From NCBI GenBank assembly GCA_048013815.1, contig CM106586.1, positions 6,510,001-6,574,000 on the forward strand: DNA of 64,000 nucleotides, in the 5' to 3' direction. This document shows, piece by piece, positions 26,382 to 38,495 of this stretch. The position numbers were made by a program, and so were the translations under genes. The notes beneath the pieces are model-generated. The model was given only the letters and a program-made list of their open reading frames with translations. It did not search any database and was not told the origin of the DNA. Source of the stretch: Setoptus koraiensis. Lineage: Eukaryota > Animalia > Arthropoda. Position 1 is the first letter of the stretch. Each line of letters starts with the position of its first letter.

Positions 26382-29300
26382 TCTTGTTGGCGCTGTTCGT
26401 GACGATTGGGCGGCGTCCGTCGATGTGAACATTTTACTGGGTGCTGATTTTGGTGCTGATTCTGGTGCTGCTTCGCTGATGCTGTAGGCTGGGTATCGTC
26501 GTTGCGGATTGGCTAATTGAGTCGATGCGGATTGGGTGTTTGGGTTGATGCCGATTGGGTGCTTGGGTTGCTGCGGAGAAACGGACGACAGTGGAAACAA
26601 TGGTGAGAACAATTGCCAGCGATCACTCGGAAATGCAACGATGAACAGATGATAATTTATTCTATGGGTGGCTTGGGTGAGACGATTGTGAGACTGTGAC
26701 CGAGAATCGACTTTGTCTGACCGAGAAATGACTTTGACTCGGCACTCTGGCAAACGTAAACACAAACAATGAACAGAACGCTTGCTATGTCGCTACTGAT
26801 TACCAATTAGCGACACTCACAACTGGCTAACTGGCGAAATTAACTCAACTGAGCGACCACCGCTCGACATTTGCAGTAATGGCCACAACAAGCCATACAT
26901 ACACGCCAGCCAGAGGAGATAAACAACAGAAATAACGGTTCTAAATGAATATGGTGGGCGCACCAAGGTCGTTGAACTACGCTGTGTCAGTCAGTGTGTG
27001 ATAAGTGGGACGTCTTCAAAGTTCGAGCGCCAATGCAGCAGCGCCAATAATCAGCGTGACAGATAATTGAGATAATTGAGAGATGCGACAGTCGAGAGTC
27101 AGGTGATTAAGCATCCGATGGTTATCTATGTGTTGCCATGTTGCTGTATCATGTTATCCATCAGCGAATATTGAACGCCCATCTCCGGGTCGAACAGATT
27201 CAGATTCAGCCACCATTGGCTGTGTGAATTATGGACTACGACATGTATGAGCCGCCGCCGATACAAGCACGACACACAACAACATGGACTCACGATGCAG
27301 CTGTTGCAGGTTGTCATTTGTAGTTGTCGCATGCCCTCTCAGATATATTTCAGATTTATTTATATATTGCACAACCGGTCTACTGTCAAATTGTCTCTAT
27401 TGGCCTGGTGAGACATGAGATGTTTTATTATGATTACCATTATAATCAATTATGGGAATCAAGAATGTGCCCAGTGTCTCGCCAGAGATAGAACCACTTT
27501 GGCCAGTTGGTGCAGTCGCAATGGCAACACTCCAACTGCCACTTCTTCTTCTTCTCTTGTTTATCTGCTCGTCATCGTTCGCCTTTGGGATCTATCGTCG
27601 CTTTCGGGATTCGTCGTTTGCTTTCGGGATTCATCGTTTGCAGCAACAACAACAGCAAGGAGACACGGCGAATATGACGAATGTGCGCTGAGCTATCAAT
27701 TATTATCGCCATTATGAGATTTTATAACCATGTGAAACTTCTCCCACCCGCTAACAAATATATGGTGCATCGAACACACAAATACACATATAAATATAAA
27801 TATATGTGGCGTATGCGGCTCAGACCTGAGCATTACGCAACTAATAGTTGACTTAACCAACCAAACACATAAATAGCCATCGCTGCAACCACTGTCAACT
27901 GAGCGCCTAATGCGCCTAAAGTGCCAAAAGTGTCCCAAGTATCACAGATATGATTCAGTTAGCGTTCAAATTATCAGCCCAACTGTTGGCTATCAGCTGA
28001 CGAGTGATGCAAGTCAGCCGAGTAAGAAGCGAGCTTTATCTTTTCTCAGACACCTGTATACAGGTATATACAGGTGACTTGCAACTGTGTGGCAAGCCAG
28101 TCAAGTTCAATGGCTTCTGTCGATGCTGCTGCCGCTGCTGCTGATCATAGGTTGATCATCATAGGTAATTGGTTCATAAGTAGCCAGTGTGATCTGTTTC
28201 TCGCAATGTCTCGGCAGTATCTCGGCAGTATCTCGGCAGTGTCGAGCATAATGGCAGTTTATCGGCGCATTGTCTGCAGACTTATTAAACTTTTGCTAAT
28301 TGCACAACTACTTTCTGTTGCTGGTTGCTCGCCGTGAAGCGGTCATAACTTTCCATTGATTGGATCACTGCTACTCACCTAGACAGACGATGACAGCGAC
28401 TGGTTGCTCTAGTTAGCAGTGTCTTCCTTTTATGTCTTGCTGTCTGTTGGTTTGGTATTATTGTTAGTTTGTCCACTTGCAATAATTACAGTCTTATAAC
28501 AAAGGCAACTATGCTAATATGATTGATGTCTCTATTCAGACAAATGATGCTGCTGCTTGAACACTTGTTGCTGCGATCGCTATGGGACCGTTGCAACTGT
28601 TGTTGCGATTATTAATTGTTTTTGTTGTTATACTTGTTGCTTGTCTATACTTGTCTATACTTACGACAATTGCGAGCATACGCCGTTAGGTTGCGACGAC
28701 AATTTGATAATTTACTTTTACTTTGGGCGACTGTGGTCTTGTTACGGCCAAAGATGTTTCAACAATGTTGCAAATGAAGTGTCTAAATTGTGTGAGCTCA
28801 CTGTCAACAATGCAGTTGCTAACTAACGACCAAAATAACGCTGCAAAACAAAAAAGAAACTTCAGCTTCTGCTGGCGATGATTGTTGGCAATTGTTGAGT
28901 TTGTCCGGCTTGTCTGCTGTCGTGTGTGCGAATGTATATGTGTGATTCGACTGACTGGCTTGACAATCTCGAGTCGAGATGACGATCGACAATATTCAGC
29001 CCGGCTAAATCGAGCTGCTCGATTTCTTCGGAGCATACATGACGAAAGAAAAATAGTATCAACGGGGAGGGACACTCCCATTGATCGCTACCAATCGATC
29101 GCTACCAATTGATCGCCATCAAATTGGGCACTATCAAAACTTGCCCGAGCTATTATAATTTCCTATTTCGGCACATCAGCTCCTTCGCTTCGGATCGCTT
29201 CGGATCGCTCGTCCGCTGCTCGGCTCCGTCGACGAATCATGTTGACAAAAAGTAAACTCCGACAAGTGGGAGGCATCCGCCTCGTTCTTTTCTGCATACT

Positions 29301-31180
29301 CGCAAATGCACAATTGCATTGGCGAGCTCACAGCCGAAATCGACGCCGGTTTCAGTTTAGTTGAGCCGAAGTCGCGACGCAAAATTTGGCTTTTTAGACG
29401 GCGCACAACAGTGGCCAAAGTTAGCCATGCACGGATTATGTAACCACGGCAACGGTGTACAATAATTGCCACAATGCAGTTCAATGGATTCAAGCGTTGT
29501 TGTTTTCTCAAATAGGCACACACAACGGTTTTCCTCGATAGATCCCGTGACATGTCGCATTTTTTTCGGCGCTTCTCGCTCGCTTGTTCCACCGATCATC
29601 ACATCGTCAGCTGGCGAAAATCCCGCCGAAAACAAGCTGTCGCAAGCCAAGGTGTGTGATCATTATTAAGTGATGCTGTTTTTGTTGCTACTATGCTGCA
29701 ATTACCTAATACTATATGACAATCATGAATATATATGTATCGAAATGGCAACCAGTTGTCTAAGTAGAGAATCATCATAAATTGCACAATCGCGGACCAT
29801 AGATGTCGTGTCGCCAGCTCTTAATTTTACTCGAAATTTACAAATTCAATTGGTCCAGCACAAAAGAGACTGGAATAACTTGATTTTAACGATTCTGCGG
29901 TCACCAGTTTTGACTAGGCAATCTTTGTCAGCCACCAGTAGTTCATGCGAGCGCCCGAATCCATGATGCGGTAGTGTTCACGCTTGTTTTAGATAGATCA
30001 GTAGTCTTGTTATTTGCAACACACATTGCAACCGATGGATAAATCATATCGGATCATCGCTCTAATCAATCAGTCGCATTTGAGGCAATTTCCAGAGAAT
30101 CACTCTCGGAATATTCTTGCAGATGCACCAAATGATCACTTGACTATGTCTGCCGATTGGCACGCAATATTTAAAACTATATACGCAACGTAAACTGTAT
30201 TTGTTTATCCCGAAAAGGCATCAACAGGTGATCCGATGCACAAATTGCCGTTGACTTCCTCAAATCGAGCATTCAACTCACACAATCAACTCGATAGTAT
30301 CAAGCAGCCGATGGGCTCGAATTAGCTCGCACCCTCTTTCTCGTCTGTCAACATTTTGAAACAACTTTCCAGCGATGAACGAATAGTTATTTTGATAATT
30401 TTAATTTTTTTATTTAATCGCGAATGGTTACTCATGGGTCTCTAACGTCTTCAGCACTCCATTGCGAGATATTTGGCACTATTGAGCAGGCCTTGCAGCG
30501 CTTCTTCAGAATTCTGATCCAACTGAACCAATTCTTGAATTATGCTCGAATTAAATCTGGACTTCGTAGATTCGATTCGAAAAAATCAACAGATCTCAGT
30601 GATTTCCGGTATTACCCGTTTCATCGTTGTTGTGATCGTAAACGCATATCTTTCAAACTTCAGTTTCTGAAAAAACTCAACCCACAGACACAGAGGCTGC
30701 TATAAACCGAACACAACTGACGAAAATCGCCCCCCCTTCATAGAATTTTTAAAACTATACTCATTTTTTGTTTTTTGCGTGGGCTTAGAATTGACAAATT
30801 TTTAGCGAATCCTCTATGGGGGCCCCGATAGATGGTTATCACATCCAGAGCGAGGAATACCTCTCAGCTGCCGCAACTCAGCGCGCACTTGCATGATTGT
30901 TCTTATCCGCACTGACGACAAGGATATTGAACTTCAAGGCGTATTTATTACCCAGAGCTCATGGGGCCTCATCAATTACTTCGTCGGTCATAAGAACCAA
31001 AATCTCCTTAGAATTCACAGGCAATTAATATTTTTCTATCGAAGATTTGACAGTGTTGACGATACTGTCAGTCGGCATTCCTTTCACCGAAACAACATTT
31101 ATTCAATGATCATTTCGTTTTTTTTTAACTTGAATTATGTGACGACCAAGTTTTTTTTTTCATTTTAAAGGTTATCTCTT

Positions 31181-31257
31181 TCCTTCGTCTCTCTTTCCCT
31201 CGCCTCTCGTTCCTTCGTCTCTATTTCCCTCGTCTCTCGTTCCTTCGTCTCTCTTTC
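31181..31257. repeat. Pyrimidine-rich 30-bp minisatellite, about 2.5 copies
   Basis: The unit tccttcgtctct(c/a)tttccctcg(c/t)ctctcgt starts at 31181, 31211 and 31241 (partial). Confidence 0.8.
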
Positions 31258-31853
31258 TCATGGGAAGCTCCCCGATCGCGAAGATTTGATATTATGAGCC
31301 GGGCAGCTTGTGTTAGGAGGCTGACACCGAGAAAAGATGCGCCCTCTGCTCTCAGAGATAGCAGCTCGGAATCAATTCGAGACGCACCGCGAACCACATC
31401 TATTATACTCGGCGGCGTTGGTGATGAGATGAGGTATTCAACTCGAACAATCGACAACAATCAGTCGCTATGAGTGGCCCATTCAAATCTTGGGTCAATC
31501 TATCGCCCACAGTGGCTGACACTGTTCCCAAATATCTCGCCATGTTGGCAGCGTTAATTAAATTTGATTAAATTTAATTAAATTCGAATTCATTACTAGA
31601 TTTCTGACTGGAGAGCCCCAGTTTAAGCCATGATTTTAAAGCATTTCGTAAACATTTTTTCCATTATCGGGTTGCTTTTTTTCCGAACAGCTGCTTGACG
31701 AACCCCCAACCGCGACGATGCTGCGCGAGATGTAGATACATTCATGTTAATACATTGTGAGAAGAATTTTTCATTGCTCGGATATTAATTTGTATCACAC
31801 CAGCCAATAGATAACCGATACACAAAAGCTCGATCTCTTTGTACAACAGTAAA

Positions 31854-32875
31854 ATGGAAGGAAAAATATTCAAGAAGAAAGCATTCGATCGCAGACATTG
31901 TGACTTCGGCGCAACAGATGATCGAGATTGGAAAGGATCATTTTGCTTCATTCAAGCGGCCGACACTCAATATGGTATGATTGACGATTTTCTACTCAAA
32001 AAGCCTAATCCCAAATGGGACGAAGAGATTAGGTTGAGCAAGCTGGCCGTTGACGCCATCAATCGCATGACACCTAAACCCAAGTTCCTGGTTATTTGCG
32101 GCGATTTAGTAAACGCCATGCCTGGCACTCGCGATCGACCATACCAGGAGGCCGATTTTAAGAAAGTTTTCAGTGAATTAGATCCCACTATACCGTTGGT
32201 TTGTGTTTGTGGCAATCACGACATTGGTGATGAGCCCACGAGTAATACTGTGAGAACGTATAGAGAGTCATTCGGAGATGACTATTTTCATTTTGTCACA
32301 AATGGTGTATTATTTATAGTGATCAATACACAGTTTTACAAGCATCGTGCCAATGTTGTCGATTACGCCACAGAACAAGATGAATGGATTGAAAGAATGC
32401 TATCGAAGGCTAAAGATTACAAATACACCTTTGTGTTCCAACATATTCCGTGGTTCTTACAGCAGCCCGATGAGGACGACGATTGGGCAAATGTTTCCAA
32501 AGACAGCGGCCGTTTAGAATGGCTAGAGAAATTTAGAGCGGCCGGTGTCGACAAGATTATGTGCGGTCACTACCATCGAAACGCCGGTGGTTGGTATCAT
32601 AATCTCGAAGTTGTTGTCACTTCGGGTAAGTTCGGGATAATTGCATACATTCGATTAAGTAACGAAAGAATTTTTGTTTCATCTCTGATCAAGTTGCATC
32701 AAACAATTATAACATTTACTTGTTTCGCACCGACAACCACCAACTTCTTTTTTCAGCAATTGGCGCCCAGACAGGACCAGACCAAAGTGGATTGCGCGTT
32801 GTGACAGTTGCAGAGAATTCAATCGAGCACAAATACTATGCAATGGACGAGATACCGGAGGTGATCAACATCTGA
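31854..32875 (+). CDS. CPPED1: Serine/threonine-protein phosphatase CPPED1 (calcineurin-like phosphoesterase), 2 exons
   Basis: Exons 31854-32625 and 32757-32875 (phase 1). Metallophosphoesterase motifs FIQAADTQYG, VICGDLVNA, CVCGNHDIG, VFQHIPWF, MCGHYHRNAGG; the spliced end reads VVVTSAIGAQTG..GLRVVTV. Confidence 0.92.
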
Positions 32876-33299
32876 TTCGACCGATCAATTGTACCGTTAT
32901 GTTGGCCATTGGTTATTGCATTCCGCAATCTGGTCAAATTATCGTGATGGTCGAGAATGTCGGAGATGTCCCGTAATCGGTACACAATTTGTTCGTTTGT
33001 TGTTGATTGATAGTATATAAATATAAGTATGAATATTACAATCCTTGTTTCGTACCACTTCGTCCGACAACTCTAACGGATTTCAACATGTAGACAACAA
33101 TCAGTATCAGGTAGACACGCGAAAGACATCAGAACATTCGGTGAAAGATCTCCGTGATAATCATAAGGCGCCTCGTTCCGTCAATTTCATGCTATCTGCA
33201 GTATTTATAGTCAGGTGTATAATTGAATGGAATAAAAGTTAGAGTACAATGATTGGCAAAACCAATCAACTGAATTCATAATGACACAAATCTCAATAC

Positions 33300-33872
33300 G
33301 AGAGGGGTGTTCTTCGAAATACGTACCAAGCCCGATTTCCTTCAAACTCCACAAAGGGGCCCCGAAGGGGCCCAAGAGAACGTTATTGATGGTCCGGAAG
33401 TGCGGAAATTCCTACTTCCGGAAATATAGAAAAATGCATTTTTCGGGCCTCAGAGGAGCCTCAGACCTGAAATTTTTGCATGTCTGTATAGATCTTGATA
33501 GGAGCATTGTGATTATTGTCAATACCAAGATGAGTGACAGCCGGTTCGCTGGATATTCATAAATTACCTCATCAGTCACTTCCGGTTTGAGAAATATCGC
33601 ACTAAGTCTGCTTTGGTCGGCTCTTTTGCTAGATAAGGATTGCAACTCATACACGAAAATGAACGAAATCCGGCCCGATCACGGGCCCCGCCCATTCGAC
33701 TCCCAGTCCTCGGGAAGAATCTTTTTCCCTTAGGTGGCCGTCAGTCGTCCCGCCGGAGGCCGCAGGCCGTAGGCGTGGACGACTGGAGGCCGAACCCCTC
33801 ATCCGGCCTGAGCCTTTATTCGTAAAAATATGGGGATATACCCTTTATTGTTTATACTTAAGAAGTTTGGGT
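33300..33872. mobile_element. Probable non-autonomous transposon or repeat sequence running into the assembly gap
   Basis: Non-coding, with GC-rich palindromic motifs (ggggccccgaaggggccc; ccggaggccgcaggccgtaggc) and motifs typical of non-autonomous element interiors (gacctgaaatttttgcatg, tcacttccggtttgagaaatatcg). No termini could be defined. Confidence 0.35.
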
Positions 33873-34372
33873 NNNNNNNNNNNNNNNNNNNNNNNNNNNN
33901 NNNNNNNNNNNNNNNNNNNNNNNNNNNNNNNNNNNNNNNNNNNNNNNNNNNNNNNNNNNNNNNNNNNNNNNNNNNNNNNNNNNNNNNNNNNNNNNNNNNN
34001 NNNNNNNNNNNNNNNNNNNNNNNNNNNNNNNNNNNNNNNNNNNNNNNNNNNNNNNNNNNNNNNNNNNNNNNNNNNNNNNNNNNNNNNNNNNNNNNNNNNN
34101 NNNNNNNNNNNNNNNNNNNNNNNNNNNNNNNNNNNNNNNNNNNNNNNNNNNNNNNNNNNNNNNNNNNNNNNNNNNNNNNNNNNNNNNNNNNNNNNNNNNN
34201 NNNNNNNNNNNNNNNNNNNNNNNNNNNNNNNNNNNNNNNNNNNNNNNNNNNNNNNNNNNNNNNNNNNNNNNNNNNNNNNNNNNNNNNNNNNNNNNNNNNN
34301 NNNNNNNNNNNNNNNNNNNNNNNNNNNNNNNNNNNNNNNNNNNNNNNNNNNNNNNNNNNNNNNNNNNNNNNN
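33873..34372. other. Assembly gap (500 N)
   Basis: A run of exactly 500 N; the round number suggests a scaffolding placeholder. Confidence 0.99.
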
Positions 34373-34447
34373 AGTTGGGTCGTGTTGTCAGTGACATTGT
34401 GAGCAAAATAATGATCCATTGATAAAAGCGACAAAAGCGAAATGATT

Positions 34448-34508
34448 TGATTTGTTAGTAATAAAAATTTATTATTTCATCGAAATACTATTGAATATAT
34501 TGAAATAA
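34448..34508. repeat. 61-bp direct repeat, copy 1 (copy 2 at 38348-38408, downstream of the BiP stop)
   Basis: tgatttgttagtaataa(a/t)aatttattatt(t/g)catcga(a/t)atactattgaatatattgaaataa; 3 mismatches, copies 3900 bp apart. Confidence 0.9.
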
Positions 34509-34521
34509 TTCTTGAAATATT

Positions 34522-34891
34522 AGGCCGGGCGAGCGAAGCGAGCCGGTCTTTACAGATGCATTTTCGTTCTTTCCCCCTTTTACAGCAAAAAAGTCCATAG
34601 AGTTTTCCCCTTCATCGTGTTGTCGGAAATCTGTGTGCTTCAGTGGAGAAAAAGTGTGCTTTCCCCTCCGTGCAGCAAAAAAGCCCATTCAATTTTCCCC
34701 TTCTAAAAATCAGCTGTCCTGTTCTCGTTCGTTCCCTTCGAGGCGTGGAGTGCCGCGGTGGGAGACGAGGGGGGGCGGGGACTGGGAGAGTGGGAGACCA
34801 GGGAGTGTGTGATTTGCAGTATTGACAAGAAAATCTGAAGCGAGCTCGCCCGGCCTCTCTCTGTTAGTCAGAACAGAAGGTTATTCTTTTT
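34522..34891. mobile_element. Small non-autonomous element with Helentron/HINE-like (DINE-1-like) end structure
   Basis: Perfect 13-bp inverted repeats aggccgggcgagc (34522-34534) and gctcgcccggcct (34844-34856). The 5' repeat also pairs locally with ccggtct (34543-34549). A 3' stem-loop tctgtt-agtcag-aacaga (34860-34877) is followed by a T run. No TSD seen. Class assignment is inferred from architecture. Confidence 0.55.
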
Positions 34892-34930
34892 AAAAAGTAG
34901 AATTTCTCCGACGAATATCTACCAGGGCAT

Positions 34931-37510
34931 CTATTGAAGAGGGTCTTCGACCAATATCAGTCGTCGCGGCAAATACTGCCACAAGATGATAGTGTCCACT
35001 TCGGTCAGCTTGTGGCTGTTCTCAATGATGATGGTGTCGAACTTGCACCAGCTGTCCTCGTGAAACAATCTAGCCGCGTTGAATATGGTGCAGCACACTA
35101 CCTGACATCCGGCCAGCACTCGCCGTCTGGAGTCGCGCTGGTAGTCCAGCCAATCGTCTCTTTCGACCCAGTGGAGATTCATAAACTCGGCCGGGTCCAG
35201 TTCGCTTTTGTTGGGCAGCCCGGGCTTGTCGCACGGTGGCTGATGGCGCATCAGCACGTGCAAATAATACGACTTGCTGTTGTCCCGCTGAGGCCTATAA
35301 CGGGGCCTTACATGAACCACCTTGAGCTTGCCCGATTCATCCAGCCTGTCGGCTGTTTTTTCCAGCTCTTGGTCCGTGGCAGCCACAATCAGTATTTTGG
35401 ATTCGGGATGCGAGCGTGTCTCGTACAAAAATCGCGAGAATGTCACCAGCGACATAGAGCGCAAATCGGGGTCACCTTCCAACGCTAGCAGCGATATCCG
35501 TTGGCGCAGCAGCGACCCTATGGCCTCTCGTTTGCCCTGTCTCATGCCGTCGGGCCACTCGGGCTCTTTGGCGTACTTGAGCACATGAATGGTGTTGTTT
35601 GGTGCAACCAGTCTGTCGCGCAAATAAAAGTCCGATAATATGCGCGTTTTGGTGTACGAATGCGACATCTGGCATTCGCGCAGGCTCTCGCTAAGCAGCC
35701 AGTCATCAAACGACAAATCCCACGTGTGGTTGATCCGCGTGTCGGGCGGCAGCATGATGTACAGGCTTGAGTCGCGGTACGTCTCGGTATCGGGCAGATC
35801 CTCGCGCCGCATTACAATGCCCCGATCATCCTCCAGCACCCCATAGGGCTCAAATTGCACCACCATGCCGGGCCGAGCGTTTGCCAATAATTGTCGATTG
35901 CATTGGCGCGCCACCGCGTAGCCGCCCTCGGGTTTTGGGTCCACCTCGACGTTTCGATGTCGGCATCCGGGTTCCACCGTTCTGGCGCGCCAGCTCTGGA
36001 ACAACATTGTAATTTGTTGCATGTGTGCCTCTTCCTTTGGCGTCCAGTCCTTAGGTGGGTCGCGCGGGGGCCTCAGGTGGCATTGCCTGTTCCCCTCGAG
36101 CAGTGCCTCGTCGGGTGTCAGCCCGTTGATCGAGCGCAAACGAGGGCACGTGCGCGTCAGCTCAGACCAGAAATAATTTATGCTAGCCGGCGGACGTTGA
36201 TTTTCGTAAAATCTAAGCGAAAATATCTCCAAATTGCGCGATTTCTTGGCCAGTTTCAGCAGGCCTTTGTACACATCCCATTTGAACAGATTGTCGGCGT
36301 CTATGATGAGCGTCTTGAAGCTGTAGCGCCCCTCCGGATGCAATTCCGGATTGCATCCTTGCATCTCCGGATGCTCGAACAGAAGATGCTCGTGGAAGAA
36401 TTCAAAGATGATGGGGTCGCGCATGGTGAGGTGCAACAGGCGGTCGCGCGTTGCGTCAAACAATTGGTCCAGTTCGTCGGGATCGTCCAGCATGATGTAG
36501 TCCAAGGTGAGCGTGTGTAGCTCGCTTAAATTGACCACTAGAGCCAGCAGCTCGCCGTGCGCGAACGAGGTGCTGGTCACGTTCAAACTCGTCACGTGCT
36601 CACAATGATCCGTTACGATGCGATGATGATCGTGATGCACGCGCGGTATGACGCGGGCAAAATCGATATCGGTCACGTTGGGCGACTTCATGAACAGGGG
36701 CTCCAGCGAGGCCAGTTCGCGCGTTCGGGGCCTCCAACAGGCCAGCGACAGCTTCTTCAGGCCGACGTAGTGTTGTCTCACCAGCTCACATAGGTTCCTG
36801 GAGACGCAAGACAGTCGGGCCAGAGCTATGTGTTCGCCTTCTAACTGCCTCATGACGTGCAGCCAGACGTCATCCGGCAATTGGGGGATCATGGCAAATT
36901 CAATATGAGACAAAATGTTGAGACACGATTTGAGTATGGTGGACGATCTAACAAAATCCGATCTGTCAAAATAGAGTTTGCCCAGTTTGGTGTTGGTCTT
37001 GAACCAGAGCCGATCATTTTTGGCGTCTTTCAATGCGTCCAACGTTGTCTCATAAAACTCTTGCAACAATTCCATTTGTTTCGATGTTGATATGTAATCA
37101 AGAATGGAGTTGATTGATTTCTCGGAATAATTTCGAGTGACCGCACTCTTGATATAGGTTAACAATTGCTGGTATCTCAGCATCATCTCACTGTAGTTGC
37201 CCAAGCCAAAATTAATTTTTATCATTTGCTTAAGTGCCTTAAATCCCCAATCGCCTTTTTCGCCATTCTCCAATTCTAATACACGCTGAAAGCTTATCAG
37301 TGCCGCTTGTGGATTGTTTTCCTTCATGGCTTTTGAATTGTAATATTGATTTTCGAGGTCGACATCGGGCTCGGAATTACTATCTTCACTGTATTCGAGG
37401 TCGTAGTCCTCCTCGTCGTCGCACATGAAGTCGTTGTCGTTGTCAGACATATTTATTGTTTTATTATTCCGTATAACGTCGTCCGGCAATTGGCTGAAGG
37501 GGAAGCTCAT
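34931..37510 (-). CDS. Chimeric intronless protein: CSN2 N-terminal fragment, F-box, LRR, degenerate UPF1-like helicase N-half (859 aa)
   Basis: Single open frame. [40 protein letters not shown]...[12 protein letters not shown] is CSN2; [29 protein letters not shown] is an F-box; LRR-like repeats follow; the C-terminal part is collinear with UPF1 1B/RecA1/1C ([49 protein letters not shown]). Confidence 0.85.
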   Translation of the reverse strand: MSFPFSQLPDDVIRNNKTINMSDNDNDFMCDDEEDYDLEYSEDSNSEPDVDLENQYYNSKAMKENNPQAALISFQRVLELENGEKGDWGFKALKQMIKINFGLGNYSEMMLRYQQLLTYIKSAVTRNYSEKSINSILDYISTSKQMELLQEFYETTLDALKDAKNDRLWFKTNTKLGKLYFDRSDFVRSSTILKSCLNILSHIEFAMIPQLPDDVWLHVMRQLEGEHIALARLSCVSRNLCELVRQHYVGLKKLSLACWRPRTRELASLEPLFMKSPNVTDIDFARVIPRVHHDHHRIVTDHCEHVTSLNVTSTSFAHGELLALVVNLSELHTLTLDYIMLDDPDELDQLFDATRDRLLHLTMRDPIIFEFFHEHLLFEHPEMQGCNPELHPEGRYSFKTLIIDADNLFKWDVYKGLLKLAKKSRNLEIFSLRFYENQRPPASINYFWSELTRTCPRLRSINGLTPDEALLEGNRQCHLRPPRDPPKDWTPKEEAHMQQITMLFQSWRARTVEPGCRHRNVEVDPKPEGGYAVARQCNRQLLANARPGMVVQFEPYGVLEDDRGIVMRREDLPDTETYRDSSLYIMLPPDTRINHTWDLSFDDWLLSESLRECQMSHSYTKTRILSDFYLRDRLVAPNNTIHVLKYAKEPEWPDGMRQGKREAIGSLLRQRISLLALEGDPDLRSMSLVTFSRFLYETRSHPESKILIVAATDQELEKTADRLDESGKLKVVHVRPRYRPQRDNSKSYYLHVLMRHQPPCDKPGLPNKSELDPAEFMNLHWVERDDWLDYQRDSRRRVLAGCQVVCCTIFNAARLFHEDSWCKFDTIIIENSHKLTEVDTIILWQYLPRRLILVEDPLQ
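36885..37475 (-). other. CSN2: 591-bp insert derived from COP9 signalosome subunit 2 (25 nt of leader, roughly the first 170 codons, short unrelated tail), flanked by an 18-bp duplication
   Basis: Flanks on the plus strand are acgtcatccggcaattgg (36867-36884) and acgtcgtccggcaattgg (37476-37493). The paralog has a single copy at 54880-54897. 591+18=609 nt, i.e. 203 codons, so the frame is preserved. Confidence 0.9.
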
Positions 37511-38495
37511 GGCACCAGATTCCGCCCACTCCTCGGGAAATGGATAATTACCGGCAACTGGTAATTACGGGCCACGGGCTACGGGGATTACCTGTAGACA
37601 TCGGCGGCTGCTTGGTTGTGGTGGCTAATAAGTGGCCGTTTGTTTATAGCGGCCAATTAGTTGCTAATTAGTGGCTAGTCCTATAGAAATGGAAATTGCG
37701 TTTTAAATATTTGCGACTTGTGTCTGTGTGTGTGTGGGTGGATTGTGTGTGATTTATGGCGATTGGGTCTGGATATTGGTTGCGATCTTATCTCGATAGA
37801 GCGTTGTTGTGAAATGATACAAAATGAAACGAAACGAAATGAGAAGACAAACAAACGACTCCAACAATGAATTGGTGCAACAAATGAAACAATGCCCCAT
37901 TGCTCTGGCCTGATGCGAGCAAACGTTTAGCTTGCGCTCGCGCTTTCCCATCGAGCATGCCAACCATTAATACTGGTGCGAGGTCGATGCACCTGTCGCA
38001 CCGACCGTTGGATGGTGCACAGTCACCTTTAAACAATCAGCACGACGACAGTCGACGGTCGAAGGGTATCGCCAATTGCGACCTGCAACCGTCGATAAGT
38101 ACCAACTGCATGTCTAATCCCTATATTACTCATGTGTTAGCTGCGCTCGCCAATCTCGAGCTTTGCGGCTCAGAATCGAGTGCATCCGATGGGCCGACAC
38201 CAACAACTAGTTGATTCTACTACACTCTTCTTTGAAAACACTTGAAATCGCTTTAAAACAAGCATATCTACATATGTATGAATTGGTCAGTCTAATCTAT
38301 CGTCTTGTTATCCTCTGATGGTAAACATTCTCAAAGAGACGTTGAAATGATTTGTTAGTAATAATAATTTATTATTGCATCGATATACTATTGAATATAT
38401 TGAAATAAATATTCTTTTTACAAAGTGGAAAAACCTAATCCTTTTTCTTATAAGGTTGTGATAAATTCTTTAGAAACAAGCGGTAATGTATATTT

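Larger units (their letters stand above)
34907..38218. repeat. Segmental duplication, copy A (copy B at 52957-55729, same orientation), containing the F-box gene and about 0.7 kb of upstream sequence
   Basis: Shared left boundary tccgacgaatatct and shared right boundary caccaacaactagttgattct. Upstream non-coding DNA is highly similar (37511-38218 vs 54915-55729). Confidence 0.92.

Noticed and set aside
27000-31100. Many 60-140 aa ORFs in the long intergenic region
   Set aside because: No recognisable domains or consistent splice structure; short tandem repeats only (11-bp at about 28209, 14-bp at about 29081).
33799-34434. Four ORF-track entries of 175-211 aa spanning the N run
   Set aside because: Artefacts: they are open only because N codons are not stops.
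34934-37090. Plus-strand ORFs opposite the F-box genes (also 53365-54806)
   Set aside because: Antisense shadows of GC-rich coding sequence; their similarity between copies is explained by the duplication.
36885-37475. Reading the CSN2 segment as the genuine CSN2 gene mis-fused by ORF calling, or as a classic retroposed copy
   Set aside because: There is no PCI-domain remainder nearby and the segment is bounded by a duplicated host 18-mer, so it is an insertion. It is 3'-truncated with no poly(A), so canonical target-primed retrotransposition is not asserted.
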